DNA from: Octopus bimaculoides
Taxonomy: Eukaryota
NCBI RefSeq assembly: GCF_001194135.2
Contig: NC_068993.1
Span: 24,382,612-24,429,360 of the forward strand
Direction: 5' to 3'
DNA length: 46,749 nucleotides
Shown here: positions 23,445-35,478 of the stretch, piece by piece
How positions within the stretch are numbered: position 1 is the first letter of the stretch
How the letters are laid out: the number at the start of each line of letters is the position of its first letter
The notes under the pieces: generated by a model
What the model saw: the letters and a program-made list of their open reading frames with translations, nothing else
Databases searched by the model: none
What the model was told of the DNA's origin: nothing
Translations under genes and position numbers: made by a program

Positions 23445-24245
23445 CCTCTGTACGTATTGACAACGTAGCGTATTCGTAATCTGCTGTCACATCGCCTGAA
23501 AGACATGCACGATAAGGTAGACCACCTGAGAGAAACTTCACGGCGAGTGGACTTTAGGATCAGCCAGGGAAAGACAAATGTGCTGCGTATCAACAACAAG
23601 CAGGAAGAGCCAATCGAGGGGGGCACCTGTGGAGAACGTTAGTGAGTTTGTCTTGGAAGCAAGATCAGCAAATCAGGTGGATCAGACGAGGACATCACTG
23701 CAAAGAATCAAGAAGGCTTGGCAAGCCTTCGCTATTCTTCGGCCGTTATGGAAGTCCACTGCCATCTCAACTCGAACTAAACTCCGCTTATTTAGTTCAA
23801 ACGTAATATCTGCGCTTTTGTATGGCTCTGAAACATAGAGAGCCACCTGCAGCAAATACAAGAAGATCCAGACCTTCATGAACAAATGTCTCCGGCAGAT
23901 CCTCCATCTGAAGTGGTTCGACAGAGTACCAAACACCGACCTGTGGGAAAGGGCCAACCAGTAGCCCATACATGTTCAGATTAGACGAAGGAAATGGAGA
24001 TGGATCGGACACACATTGCGCAAAGAACCCTCAAATGTGACACGACAAGCACTTGACTGGAACCCACAGGGGAAAAGGAAGCGAGGACGCCCAAAACAGA
24101 CATGGAAGCGTAGCATTTTGGACGAGCTCAGGACCACCGGCCTGACATGGGAAGCAACCAAGAAACACGCCAATGTCCGCAAAAAGTGGAAAATAACTGT
24201 TGAGGTCCTATGCTCCACAAGGGGAAAAAGGATTAAGAAGAAGAA
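23445..24245 (+). mobile_element. RTE-clade LINE, 5'-truncated 3' fragment
   Basis: RIKKAWQAFAILRPLWKSTAISTRTKLRLFSSNVISALLYGSET; IQTFMNKCLRQIL; IRRRKWRWIGHTLRK; ALDWNPQGKRKRGRPKQTWKR; short (AAG)n tail; stops and frameshifts. Confidence 0.92.
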
Positions 24246-24354
24246 TCTTACAGTAAATTCTCAATGCTTTCAAGTAACCATTTAACATTCCATCAGTTCA
24301 AGTCTATCTACAATGTCACATATATGTACATACATACACATATGTGTGTTTCTT

Positions 24355-24570
24355 TTATTCTTTTATACCTTTACTTGTTTCAGTCATTTGACTGCTGCCA
24401 TGCTGGAGCACCGCTTTTACTCGAAGAAATCGGCCCCAGGACTCATTCTTTGTTAGCCTAGTACTTATTCTGTCGATCTCTTTTGCCAAACCGCTAGAAT
24501 ACGGGAGCGTAAACACACCAACATCGGTTGTCTAGTGAGGGTGGGGGACGAACACAGACACAAAAATATG
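24355..24570 (-). mobile_element. 3' module of the OK-like SINE
   Basis: Reverse-complement match to ~3090-3270 (ccatgctggagcaccgc...aacatcggttgtc). Confidence 0.8.
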
Positions 24571-24826
24571 CATATATATATATATACATATATATATATA
24601 CATATATATGTGTATATATATACACATATATAAATATGCGCTTTTATACGTATACATATATATAATACGCATATACATGAATATACGCATATACATAAAT
24701 ACATATACATACACATAATATACATACACAGACACACGTACACATACATACATATATACATATATACATATACGTAAATATATACACACACACACGCACA
24801 CACTCATATATATATTTAATTGTATA

Positions 24827-25665
24827 CAGATTGTCCCAAAAGTCACTATACATTTTCTTTTTTTCAATTTCGCTTCAGGTATCATTTGCAGATACGTGAG
24901 GCCATTAACATTTGACACCTTAGACTTTGCAGTGTTTGTAAGTGTATCACTACCTTGCCCATGGATGGCCAGTTGACATTAGTGCAGCGTTGCAAAATTG
25001 CCGCTTGGCAAGAAGTTTTTCAGTCCCCTACTGCAGTTCATCACAAATTTGAGAAGGTTTATGGCTGTCACACTACTCTAACGCGTAGCACAATTTATGC
25101 TATCCATAGAAATTTTCTCGAAAGAAGATCTGTTCTTGACAAACCGCGCAGCGGAAGGCCTGCAACCACCAGCATTGATGCGTTCGCGAAAAGCCAGAGG
25201 AAGTCCATCCGGGGGACTGTTCTGGAACTTACCATCAACAAAAGCTCGAATCAGCGGATGCTTCAGAGAGTGGTAAAGCTCTACCCGTACCGACTTCAGG
25301 TTGTTCAAAGGCTCCGAGCAGAAGTTAACGATGCTCGTGTAGAAATGTGGGAATCATTCCTCCACTATTACCAAAACGACTCCTAGTTCTTGGAAAACAT
25401 GGTTCAGCGATGAGTATATCTTTCATCCCTCTGGTCGGGTAAACCGACACAATTGTCGAATTTGGGGAAAATCAAAACCAGCAGGAATTCTCAAACATGA
25501 ACAAGACTCTCCGAAGCTGGTGCTATGATGTGCCATGGAGAGGGGAATGATAGACTTACAAAAACTGCAATGTCTAAGGTGTCAAATACTGATGGCCTCA
25601 CGTCTCTCCGAAAGATACCTGAATCGAAATAGAAGAAAATGTATGGTGACTTTTGGAACATCTTG
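24827..25665 (+). mobile_element. Tc1/mariner (maT/DD37D-like) transposon, internally deleted
   Basis: Imperfect ~50-bp inverted ends (CAGATTGTCCCAAAAGTCACTATACATTTTC vs reverse of GAAAATGTATGGTGACTTTTGGAACATCTTG), left TA flank; transposase remnant with RSGRP, LYPYRLQVVQRL and FSDE..FHPSGRVNRHNCRIWG; the rest of the catalytic domain is missing. Confidence 0.88.
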
Positions 25666-25669
25666 TGTG

Positions 25670-26379
25670 TGTGTATGCCAACAACAAAATGAGACCATCG
25701 ATCATGTTGTCTCCATGTGCAGTCTGCTTGCGCCTACAGAGTATCTCAACAGGCATGATAGAGCTGCACAATATATTCACTGGGTAATATGCAAAGACCT
25801 GGACTTGCCCCATGATAAAAACTGGTGGGAACACAAACCCACCCCCAGTACTTGAAAATGATCACATCGCACTCCTCTGGAACTTCACCATTCAAACTGA
25901 CAGAAAGATAGATGCAAATAGGCCAGACATCATACTGAAAGACTTCAGACAAAAATCATGCCTCCTCGTTGATATGACTGTCCCAATCGATATAAACGTA
26001 TCNNNNNNNNNNNNNNNNNNNNNNNNNNNNNNNNNNNNNNNNNNNNNNNNNNNNNNNNNNNNNNNNNNNNNNNNNNNNNNNNNNNNNNNNNNNNNNNNNN
26101 NNNNNNNNNNNNNNNNNNNNNNNNNNNNNNNNNNNNNNNNNNNNNNNNNNNNNNNNNNNNNNNNNNNNNNNNNNNNNNNNNNNNNNNNNNNNNNNNNTAA
26201 AACAAACACATAATTTTCTTATGGTTTCTTAAGCATTCACTAGAACAAAACTGTACAAATCCAAATATATGGTACCCTAGGCATACCACCTACATGAACT
26301 TCTAACTTGTTGTCTCTTGAGGTCTCTGGGTGAGACTTGGATCCAACTTGTACAAATGCAAAACAAAAGTCAAACATAA

Positions 26380-26412
<33 letters not shown>
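25670..26412 (+). mobile_element. R4/Dong-like (RLE) LINE 3' fragment with (TAA)n tail
   Basis: Zinc knuckle C..QNETIDHVVSMC..LA.TEY..RHD; LLWNFTIQTDRKIDANRPDIILKD..SCLLVDMTVP (RLE PD..D motif); gap; 3' UTR; (TAA)n. Confidence 0.88.
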
Positions 26413-26414
<2 letters not shown>

Positions 26415-26453
26415 ACACACAAACAAATATGTATATATGTATGTACATATGTA

Positions 26454-26494
<41 letters not shown>

Positions 26495-26545
26495 CAGCTG
26501 TTGCTATGTTGAATCTGCGAAATATCGGGAATTTGTTCTGCGTAA

Positions 26546-26584
<39 letters not shown>

Positions 26585-26594
26585 NNNNNNNNNN

Positions 26595-26638
<44 letters not shown>

Positions 26639-26859
26639 CACGACTAAGACGAGAAACATTTTAGGGCATGAAGGAGATAAAAGAAGAAATAGAATATGAA
26701 GTTCGATAATTAAAATACGATTTTGTATCTATCTGGTCGTTTATTTATTTATGTCTGCGTGTGCCCATAAGTGTTTGATAGTTGTGTCTGCGAATGTGTA
26801 TCTATGTTTCATTTAGATTATTTCTAGCTTTCTTGCGAATAGAGAAAGAGTCGGTTTCT

Positions 26860-27540
26860 AACTTAAATTTAAAGTACCTTCATTAGACTTTTGAGGATCA
26901 ACAATATATTTGTACAGGTTTGTGGGTATACATTTTAGATACAGTGCATGTCTAGGTTGTTTGTTTTGTTTTATGTAGGTATTCTTATCTATATATATCA
27001 TGAGCATATATACGTAAATGATAAATTTTGGTGTTTTACAAATTTTGATTTATCTTTTTTATGGCTTCTAATTAGCTTTCTACTTTCTGGTTTTCAGAAC
27101 CCTAGTTTCTTACATATTGGTGCTTAGGGAATTTGTTACATTTCTTATAGCTCCTTTAATTACTGATATATATTTGAACTTGTTGTCCTGGTAGAGTAGC
27201 AGTAAATTTCTCATTAGTCCAAGCGTAGGCATTTTCTTTTTCGCTGATCCTCTTCACTTTGACATCCGATGGGCCACTGATTTCCTCTACTCTCCACAAT
27301 TTCTCTTCTTTGTCCCTAGTTACTATGCCTGCACTATTATGTTTGCATTTTATTGAGGTTTTCACTAGGACAATTTCTACCATCCACAGAGCATTTCGGT
27401 TAAACTCCATCTCTTCGGTCGAGATTTTCCTCCCAGGGGATTCCTGTCCCCTTCATCACTTTTTGTTGGTGAAAGGTATAGTGATTTGTTAGTTTGCAAG
27501 TAATACGCATCGTCACATGGGCGCTGCTCTTTCGTAAATC
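26860..27540 (-). mobile_element. RLE-type LINE 3' fragment, copy 1 (heavily decayed)
   Basis: KTSIKCKHNSAGIVTRDKEEKLWRVEEISGPSDVKVKRISEKEN aligns by eye with copy 2; 3' UTR similarity to 28030-28150. Confidence 0.75.
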
Positions 27541-28024
27541 ATCTATCTTTTTATGATTTTTAAATCTCAGAGGGGAACTTTGTTGTTTCGGTTATGTTTC
27601 GGTTATGTTTGTAGTCAAAGTATATCAACAGGCTTTAACCTGCCAGAATGAGGATTCATTACGTTGTAGTAAATACCTACCCCTCCCCAATTTCCTTCAC
27701 AGCATTTAATACTGTGTTGTTGGTCTTTTGCTTCCTTTATACGATACTACTCTCTCGTCGAGAGAATACTTTCAAGCCATTGTTGTTTTTACTTGAGAAA
27801 TTATATCAGTGGAATAGTTCACCTATACGTAACCCAGAACACTACTAAAATGATTGCGAATGTTGTTACTGCTACTTCTCTTAGTTGCAGGGGTCACGTG
27901 ACTTAGTCTGCAATGCAGTTTGACTAGCAGGCGATACAGTACCTGTTCGAATGTCGTTAACCGTGAGACCACGCGGCGACCTAATATCGCTTACACTTTT
28001 GTTTATGCTGTTTAGAAAAAATAA

Positions 28025-28745
28025 GCTAATATCAGAACATGTATGTATATGTGCAGATTTGTATGTTTTGTTTTATGTATGCATGTTCATGCATATAGTT
28101 GCATGTCTAGACATGCTCGTATATAGTTAAATGCTAAACTTCTAGAAAGTTTTACAGATTTTTGCAGATCCAGTGTTGGTTTGTATTTTGTCTTCGAATC
28201 TGCTTTCTCCTTTTTGGTTTTGAGAAGCCTAATTCCTCAAGATTGGTATTTCGGCAGTATGTTACATATCCCAGTGCCACAATAATTACAGGTATAAATC
28301 TGAACTTGTCATGTGGATACAGTAACTGTAGATTACTCAATAGTTCAGCGTAGGTTTTTTTCTTTTTTGCTGATCTTTAGTTTTATGTTAACATCCACTG
28401 TGCAGCTGATTTCCACAACTGTACATAATTTCTCTTCCGAATCCCAAATCACTATGTCACATCTATTATGCTTACATTTTAACGAGGCTTTCACTGGGAC
28501 TTTCCACCGGTGCTCCTTTTTATTATGAGTGGTTATAGCTTCTAACATACTGTATGTTCTTATTCCTTTAGCCTCGAAGTTATCCTTCCGACGGTTCTCA
28601 TTATACATTGTCTTAACCACAACACCATGTCTCATCGGTAGATAATACCGTGATGACATTTCCTGCCAACTTATGATATCGGTAATATCTTCGGTGTTAA
28701 CTCCATAAAGTCTGTATCGGTTATCACATTTTGCTGGTTTTCCTG
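28025..28745 (-). mobile_element. RLE-type LINE 3' fragment, copy 2
   Basis: Decayed knuckle KCDNRYRLYGVNTEDITDIIS, then SSRYYLPMRH; KCKHNRCDIVIWDSEEKLCTVVEISCTVDVNI; LQLLYPHDKFRFIPVIIVALG. Confidence 0.82.
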
Positions 28746-28759
28746 CGTCTCTGTTCCTT

Positions 28760-30540
28760 GACCATCAGAATGCAACCATTGAGTGCTTAGATGACACCCC
28801 GTCGGTTGAGGAAACAATAAAAGCAGTATAAAAGTTGAACAATGGCAAAGCATCGGGAATTGGTCGTCTGAATGTAGAACTATTTAAGTTTGGGGGTACT
28901 ACTTGCTAGAAATGCTGACAGCAGTAATAAAGAAGATATTGAAAAAGGAAGTTAATCCAAAAGACTGGAAGGATGCAGTTATAGCAGCTGTGTTCAAGGG
29001 AATTGACAGAAGGATGAATGCAATAACTGGTATTTGTCTGCTTGCAAAGTTTTATCACGAATAAGGTTGGACCGGCTGCAGATATATGTGGCTAATGAGA
29101 TTCTTCCTGAATCACAGATTGGATTCAAAAATAGTAGGGGTACTGTTGACATGACCTTCTCTGCACGGCATTATAGAACAGCAAATAGAACTTTACCAAG
29201 TATTCATTTATCTCACTAATGCTTTTGACTCTGTCAATTGAACTGCCTCGTGGGAAATCTTGAAGAGAATTGGATGTCCGGTAAAGTTTCTCATTATTCT
29301 GAAGCAGTTTCATGATGGTACGGAAGTAAGGATCAACATTGGGGGAAAGCTTTTGGTGCCTATCTCTGTCATGATTGGAGTAAAACAAGGTGACATATTA
29401 GCACCCACTCTCTTCACCCTCTATTTTATTATAGGCTTTCAAAGGCTCCTATAAAGGCATATATATCAAATATCGCACAACAGGAAAAATCGTTAACATC
29501 AAAAGACTGTCAGCTAAGTCAAGGATGTCCCTCAACTCTTATTAGAGACCTTTCTATGCAGATGATTGTGATATTATCACTCATACTGAGGAGGACATGC
29601 AAGATCTTATGAATGCATTTTCAATGGCTTGTGAGGCACTTGGCTTAACCATAAATCGAACCAAAACTGTTGTCATGTTTCAGCCAGCACCAAGAATGCC
29701 ATACATAGAACCTGGCATCTTCGTGTATGGAAGAAAACTGTCTGTGGTTTCTAAGTTTGTTTACTTATGGAACACAATAAACACATCAGTGAATCTTAAT
29801 GATGAAGTGTCACTACGCATTCAGAAATCCACTTTTGTTTCTCGCAAACTGGAAGACCGCCTATGGTCTAGACATGGTATTTCCACTGCGACAAAGATTA
29901 AGGTATGCAATACATGTATCTCAACATCTTTATCGTATGTCTACGAAATCTGGACTGTGTATCGTAAGCACTTAAAACTTATGGAATGTTTTCATCAACA
30001 ATGTCACAGAAGGATTCTGAGAATCAGCTGGAAAATGTTTGTGGGTGATGATAAGGTGCTTGGAAGAGGAAAATGCTTCAGTACTGAAGCTTTGTTTTTG
30101 CAGTACGGATTGAGATGGAGTGGAGGCTTAATTAGAATGACAGACAACAGAATGCGTTAACAACTTTTTTACGGAGAGTTGGTGACAGGTAAGCGTCCGT
30201 CTCACAAACCAAAGATGAGTTGCAAAGATTGTCTGAAGTCAGGACTGAATAAAATAAATGTTCCAATTGACAATTGAGAAGATTTAGCGCATTGCCGAGA
30301 AAAATAGAAAAAAAGTTGTGTATGAAGGCCAAAATGAATTTGAAAGGAAGAGAATGGAACATGCAAAGATCAAAAGAAAGATGATAAAAAGTGACAGGTT
30401 TGATGTTCTAACAAGCATTAATGAACGTGATGATCTTACATTTGATGAATGTTGAAAGATTTGTCTCAGTAAGGCTGGGCTAAAGAGCCGTATGAAATCA
30501 CGCATTGCACAACCGCACATTGATTATAGATGGGCAGATA
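28760..30540 (+). mobile_element. RTE-BovB-like LINE, 5'-truncated RT region to 3' end
   Basis: KLNNGKASG; LPESQIGF..RGTVDMTFSAR; GVKQGDILAPTLF; FYADD (29552-29566); GLTINRTKTVVM; terminal decayed C2H2 finger FDEC*KICLSKAGLKSRMKSR. Many stops and frameshifts. Confidence 0.92.
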
Positions 30541-32459
30541 ATTTCGAATGCATACTCTCTCATAAAGTATGCAAATAAAAAAGTAGCTTGCAAAGGCATA
30601 GCAAAGTTCATGGAGCTGTAAACTATACAAACACCAAGTTTTCTTACACTAATTGCCAAAAGCATGAAAGTCAAGGAAAAATTATTTCAATGAATTCACA
30701 CTTTCAAGATTGAAGTATTTATTGCAGAAATAAAACTGAATAAAAATGTCGTCATTTTTGTAAACATACTGCAATACCCCTGAAATCAAAACAAACAAAC
30801 GGTTTATCTACACTTAGTATATCATAAATGAGTAGCCTTTGTAATCAAGTGTAAGCGAAAGTGCATATTTCACAAGCTTTTCCCTAGTACCACTTATTCT
30901 TCTTATTACTCGGAACGACCTCACTTGCCTTTTCTTCCATTCTTAATACTATCTTTAGTAACAATATGTTGTATTGATCCTCTCAGAACCACTAAATTAT
31001 CTCCGCTCCACTATCTAACGGCTTACCATCTCTCCATTCACTTACAACCTGCCTAAATTCTTGTCATCCCACTCCTCTCTCTTTCTCCCTTCCTTCTATC
31101 CTCTCTTGTTTTTCCCCAGGCTACTGTATTTTCTGGATTCTACTATTTTGCAGCTATCCATCTCTACCCAACCCTTTATCTACACTACTTGTCCTCTTCA
31201 TCACATACTATTCTATTTCTGCTACCTTCCCTGCTTGTCATCCTTCATCACTTGTTCCTCATAATATGCACCCTCTCACCTAATTTCTATCTCCAACCTT
31301 CTTTCGTTTTATCGAACACTCTTGTAACAACTACCCCCACCTTACTTCCTTTTTTCTCCTGTCCTCACTCACTTCGCCTTATCTTGTATTTCAAGATCAA
31401 TCCTTAACTCTTCCTCATCATTATCTTTGTCTCTTTCCAATTCCACCCCGGCCATTCCATCATTTCTTCTATAACGTGTGGGTGCTTTACAGCAATAACC
31501 TGTTGTGCTATGGTAATTTTTATCACACTTAAAACTTGTCATGACCCCTCATAAAGTCATCCACTGACTAATCTACTGTAGCCCTAACTTTAACAAAGAA
31601 CATCCTTGCAAGTTGCATGCGCTACAAAATTGCCTCTCATGCTGCACACGTTCTAAAGTATTTCGTGATAAGAAGGGCATCCAGCTGTAGAAATCATGTC
31701 AAAGCAAATGGAGGACTACTATACAGACTTCCAGTATTCAAACAAGTCGGTTGGTGTGAAAGCGAACGACCCATAAACACATTGAATACAAACACACACC
31801 AAAATACACACATACACACATACATACACCAACACACGCACATATATGCGTGGTGTGTACGTGTGCATATATACACATATATATATATATTTATATATTT
31901 ACATATATATAATGGGGTTTCGCCTATACTGTTTTGTCTTATGTATCAATATCTTTTGTATATACACACATATATATGTTCGTGTGCTATTTATTTTTGT
32001 TTAAGTGTGTTTAATTTGATTTAGCTTTTAGGAGAGAAATTAATGAAAATCATTTCTTACTGAATGTAGAAGATTGTTAGCAAGAATGCAGGAAGGCATC
32101 TGCAAACTGATGCATTGGTGTGGTTTTGTACGTATCTTTTGACCTCATTTCATCTTGCTGATGCATTAACGACACAACAAACTAAATTGAGTCTTAGCAA
32201 TTGTGCCAATCAAATGGCACAAAATATTTACGATTTTGACAATTTTTACTAGGATCGTATATAGCATAAAGGCTGAATACTGGATAATGTGACATTGTTT
32301 CAACGACACCGGAAAAATTATCGTTGATCCAGACACATGAAAACTAATGAGATATATTAATTTACAGTGGTGTATTTGGAACTCTATTGGGCTAAGACAC
32401 TGTTTCTAAATTTACCACAGGTGTTCTAAATTGTACCTGCAAAATGATGAGTAAGTTTC

Positions 32460-32650
32460 TTTGATATTGGTCTCAAATTTTGGCACAAGGCCAGTAATTT
32501 CGTGAGATTGGGTAAGGATGAAAGGATGAAAGACAAAGTCGATCTCGGTAGAATTTGAACTCAGAACGTAAAGACGGACGAAATGCCGCTAAGCATTTTT
32601 CTCGTCTTTACGTTCTGAGCGGTATCGATTCTGCCAGCTCACTGCTTTTG
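32460..32650 (-). mobile_element. Rearranged SINE (family of 33390)
   Basis: Reverse-complement match to 33390-33552 and 39964-40170, with the core deleted and an inverted insertion. Confidence 0.8.
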
Positions 32651-33295
32651 TCATGCTTTTCATAATGATATTAAGGAGGTGACATAGTTTTGAGTAGATG
32701 TTGAAATCGTATTGAAGTTTAGATTTGTAGTCATCTTAGTATAATGATTCTCTGCTGTTTGCATGATGTTTGGAATATTGTGAAATGGTACCACAAAAGT
32801 TATTTTCAATGTAGGTACACTAAACTGGAACAATGAATCTAGATCAGTATCTCATTGTTCTCATTTCAAATTCCGCGGGGTTTATTTTTCTAAAACCAAT
32901 AATAGTGTTCACTGAATTTATTCGTCACTAATCAATAACCTACAAAAGAAAACAAGAATAATCAGGTAAATACAATTCTAGTTTACCATGTTGTGTTCAC
33001 AAAGTTTAATCGATTTGATTTTATATCTCTGTTCGGTGCTTTTATTGGGTACGCCTCTTCAATCTTTATCAACTTTGAAATCTTTGTGACAAATAGAATT
33101 TCTCTTAAAAGGATTGACTGCCAGTGTTTGTTTGTCTTCATAGCATCTGCACATTTGTAAATTATTTTATTTTTCCACAAAGTGGTTATCTTTCTGCCAA
33201 TAAAGTTAAATATACCGTGCTAGGCTGAGACAGCTTGCAGAGGGTGAATACAACTTATTGCGCATTGATTTGCTATAAACTCTTAACAGAAAAAG

Positions 33296-33388
<93 letters not shown>
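33296..33388. repeat. (TAT)n microsatellite
   Basis: Pure array directly 5' of a SINE. Confidence 0.97.
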
Positions 33389-33389
33389 T

Positions 33390-33552
33390 GAGGCGGCGAG
33401 CTGGCAGAATCATTAGCACGCCAAGCAAAATGCTTAGCGGCATTTTGTCCGTCTTTACGTTATGAGTTCAAATTCCACCGCGGTCGACTTTGTTTTCATC
33501 CCTTTGGGGTCGATAAATTAAGTACCAGTTGAGTAGTGGGTTCGATGTAAGA
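33390..33552 (+). mobile_element. tRNA-derived SINE (GGCGGCGAGCTGGCAGAA family)
   Basis: Head GGCGGCGAGCTGGCAGAATC, GAGTTCAAATTCC B box, core GTCGATAAATTAAGTACCAG; 3'-truncated. Confidence 0.85.
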
Positions 33553-34139
33553 ATGATAAGATTACAGTCTAATGTTGATTAGTCTTTCGAGCAAGCTTCA
33601 AAGTGACAGTAACATTGATAACAGTAGTAGTCTATTTTAGATTAACAACATGGATATTTGCTCTCATTTCGAAGTGTATGCTTTTTCAATACAACAGCAG
33701 TAAATTACAAGAAATACCCGGTACACATAAATGATAGGATACAGTTAAAGCAAAGCCCCTTAGTGACTATTTCGTGCAACTGGCGTACAAACCCATACAT
33801 ACATACATAAATTACGTATGTATATATTTCAGTATCTAAAACAATGGCACCATTTGCCAATTTATATTGGTAAATGACTACAGAAATGTTATTTTATATC
33901 TATTTTTCATCCATGCCTATGACAAAATGAACTTACCAATATTTAGATACCACACTCGTTGAATCATCACAATATTTCATTATTCTTAATTGTTATTCAA
34001 CTTTGGAACAACAAAAAAGGCAAGAAACCCAGATAGTGGGACATTTTTGTGCCAACTAGAATTGAACCTGGTTAACTTGGTTTTCATATTTGTGTCCTTC
34101 CTTTTTTGAACTAACCAGCTGTATAGATGTAAAAACAAT

Positions 34140-34212
34140 TCCTTCTTCTTCCTTTCTTCCTTCTTCTTCCTTTCTTCCTTCTTCTTCCTTTCTTCCTTCT
34201 TTCTTTCCTTCT
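34140..34212. repeat. 18-bp CT-rich minisatellite
   Basis: ccttcttcttcctttctt repeated at least three times. Confidence 0.85.
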
Positions 34213-34831
34213 CTTTTCCATTGACACTCCTTTCAGATACACATACACACACACACAAAAACACACCTACACTCTCTCTCTCATTGGACAATGATGGCAA
34301 CTTTTTGGAAGAACAACTTTCTTCCAAACAATGCCCCACCTTAAATAGCCACCTGGGTTTGCCATTTTTAAAGGCCAAGAATCAACTTGTCATTGAAAGA
34401 ATTGACCAGCATAAAACACAATTTCTTCTTTCTTCATTCACCTTTCCTTCTCTTTCTCATTGACACTCCTTTCAGATACACAGGCGCACACATACACGGA
34501 CGCACACACACACACACACACACACATACAAAAAAATAAATAAATAAATAAAACACACACACTCTCTCTCGTTTTTCCGCCCATTCCTCACTCCGCTTTT
34601 ACTCTCCTATATATCTCTCTCCACCCTACACATTTAATAATACTATAAAAAGAGACAACTCCTCTGAAGAAAAATTAAATCTGGAGAATCTACAAGAATA
34701 AATGCAAGCCCTAATTTATAAAAACATGTGACATATTAATAAAAATCTGTAAATGTACAACCATCCAGATATCTGAGTACTTTATTATTTTTCTAATATA
34801 TAATTCCTATACATCACCTCCAAACATTCTA

Positions 34832-34855
<24 letters not shown>

Positions 34856-34886
<31 letters not shown>

Positions 34887-34903
34887 GAGACAGAGAGAGA
34901 GAC

Positions 34904-34935
<32 letters not shown>
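34856..34935. repeat. (GA)n/(GACA) microsatellite after (TA)n
   Basis: Read directly. Confidence 0.9.
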
Positions 34936-34936
<1 letters not shown>

Positions 34937-35362
34937 TGTGCGTGTGTGTGAGTGCGTGCATACCAGTATATGTGTTTGTGTGTATAATATGCTTGTATCT
35001 TCATACTGTATGGTTTATACAAATTTATTATTTCATTACAATTTTTCTTGTCTGGGTGTTCGTTTTATTTCCGTATATTACATTCGTTTTGTACACAATT
35101 CTGACATATCAAGATATCATGTAAACATATTTTTCATTTCCTTTTTTTTAACTCACTGATAATATAATGCAGCTGATATTAGCTTTATCATGATCTATTT
35201 GGCGTTAAATTCAATTAAAATTTGCGATTTATTTAAGTAGATGGGATTTATATTTAATTCCCATTCTCTTATCATCCGAAACAACCATTGAAATAATGAT
35301 GACACTCACTAAACCTGTTCAGCGTATAACGGCTATCAAATTCGTAATATCCAGTCACTTAC

Positions 35363-35478
35363 GACATTCAGAAGAGCCTCTCTGATCGCTCGGCATGACA
35401 AGCATAGCAACAGAGTCATTTGCATTCCCACCCCATTGTCTTTTACTAATGCATAATGAAATCTAGATTCATTTACAC
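35363..35478 (-). CDS. Candidate exon of an unrecognised host gene
   Basis: Acceptor cgtattttcAG, donor GTC|GTAAGT; 116 bp with only one open frame, VNESRFHYALVKDNGVGMQMTLLLCLSCRAIREALLNV (phase 1 to 0). Confidence 0.4.

Noticed and set aside
35420-35445. VKDNGVGM as a GHKL ATPase G1 box
   Set aside because: The flanking residues do not fit the N box or ATP lid; a short motif is insufficient for a functional call.
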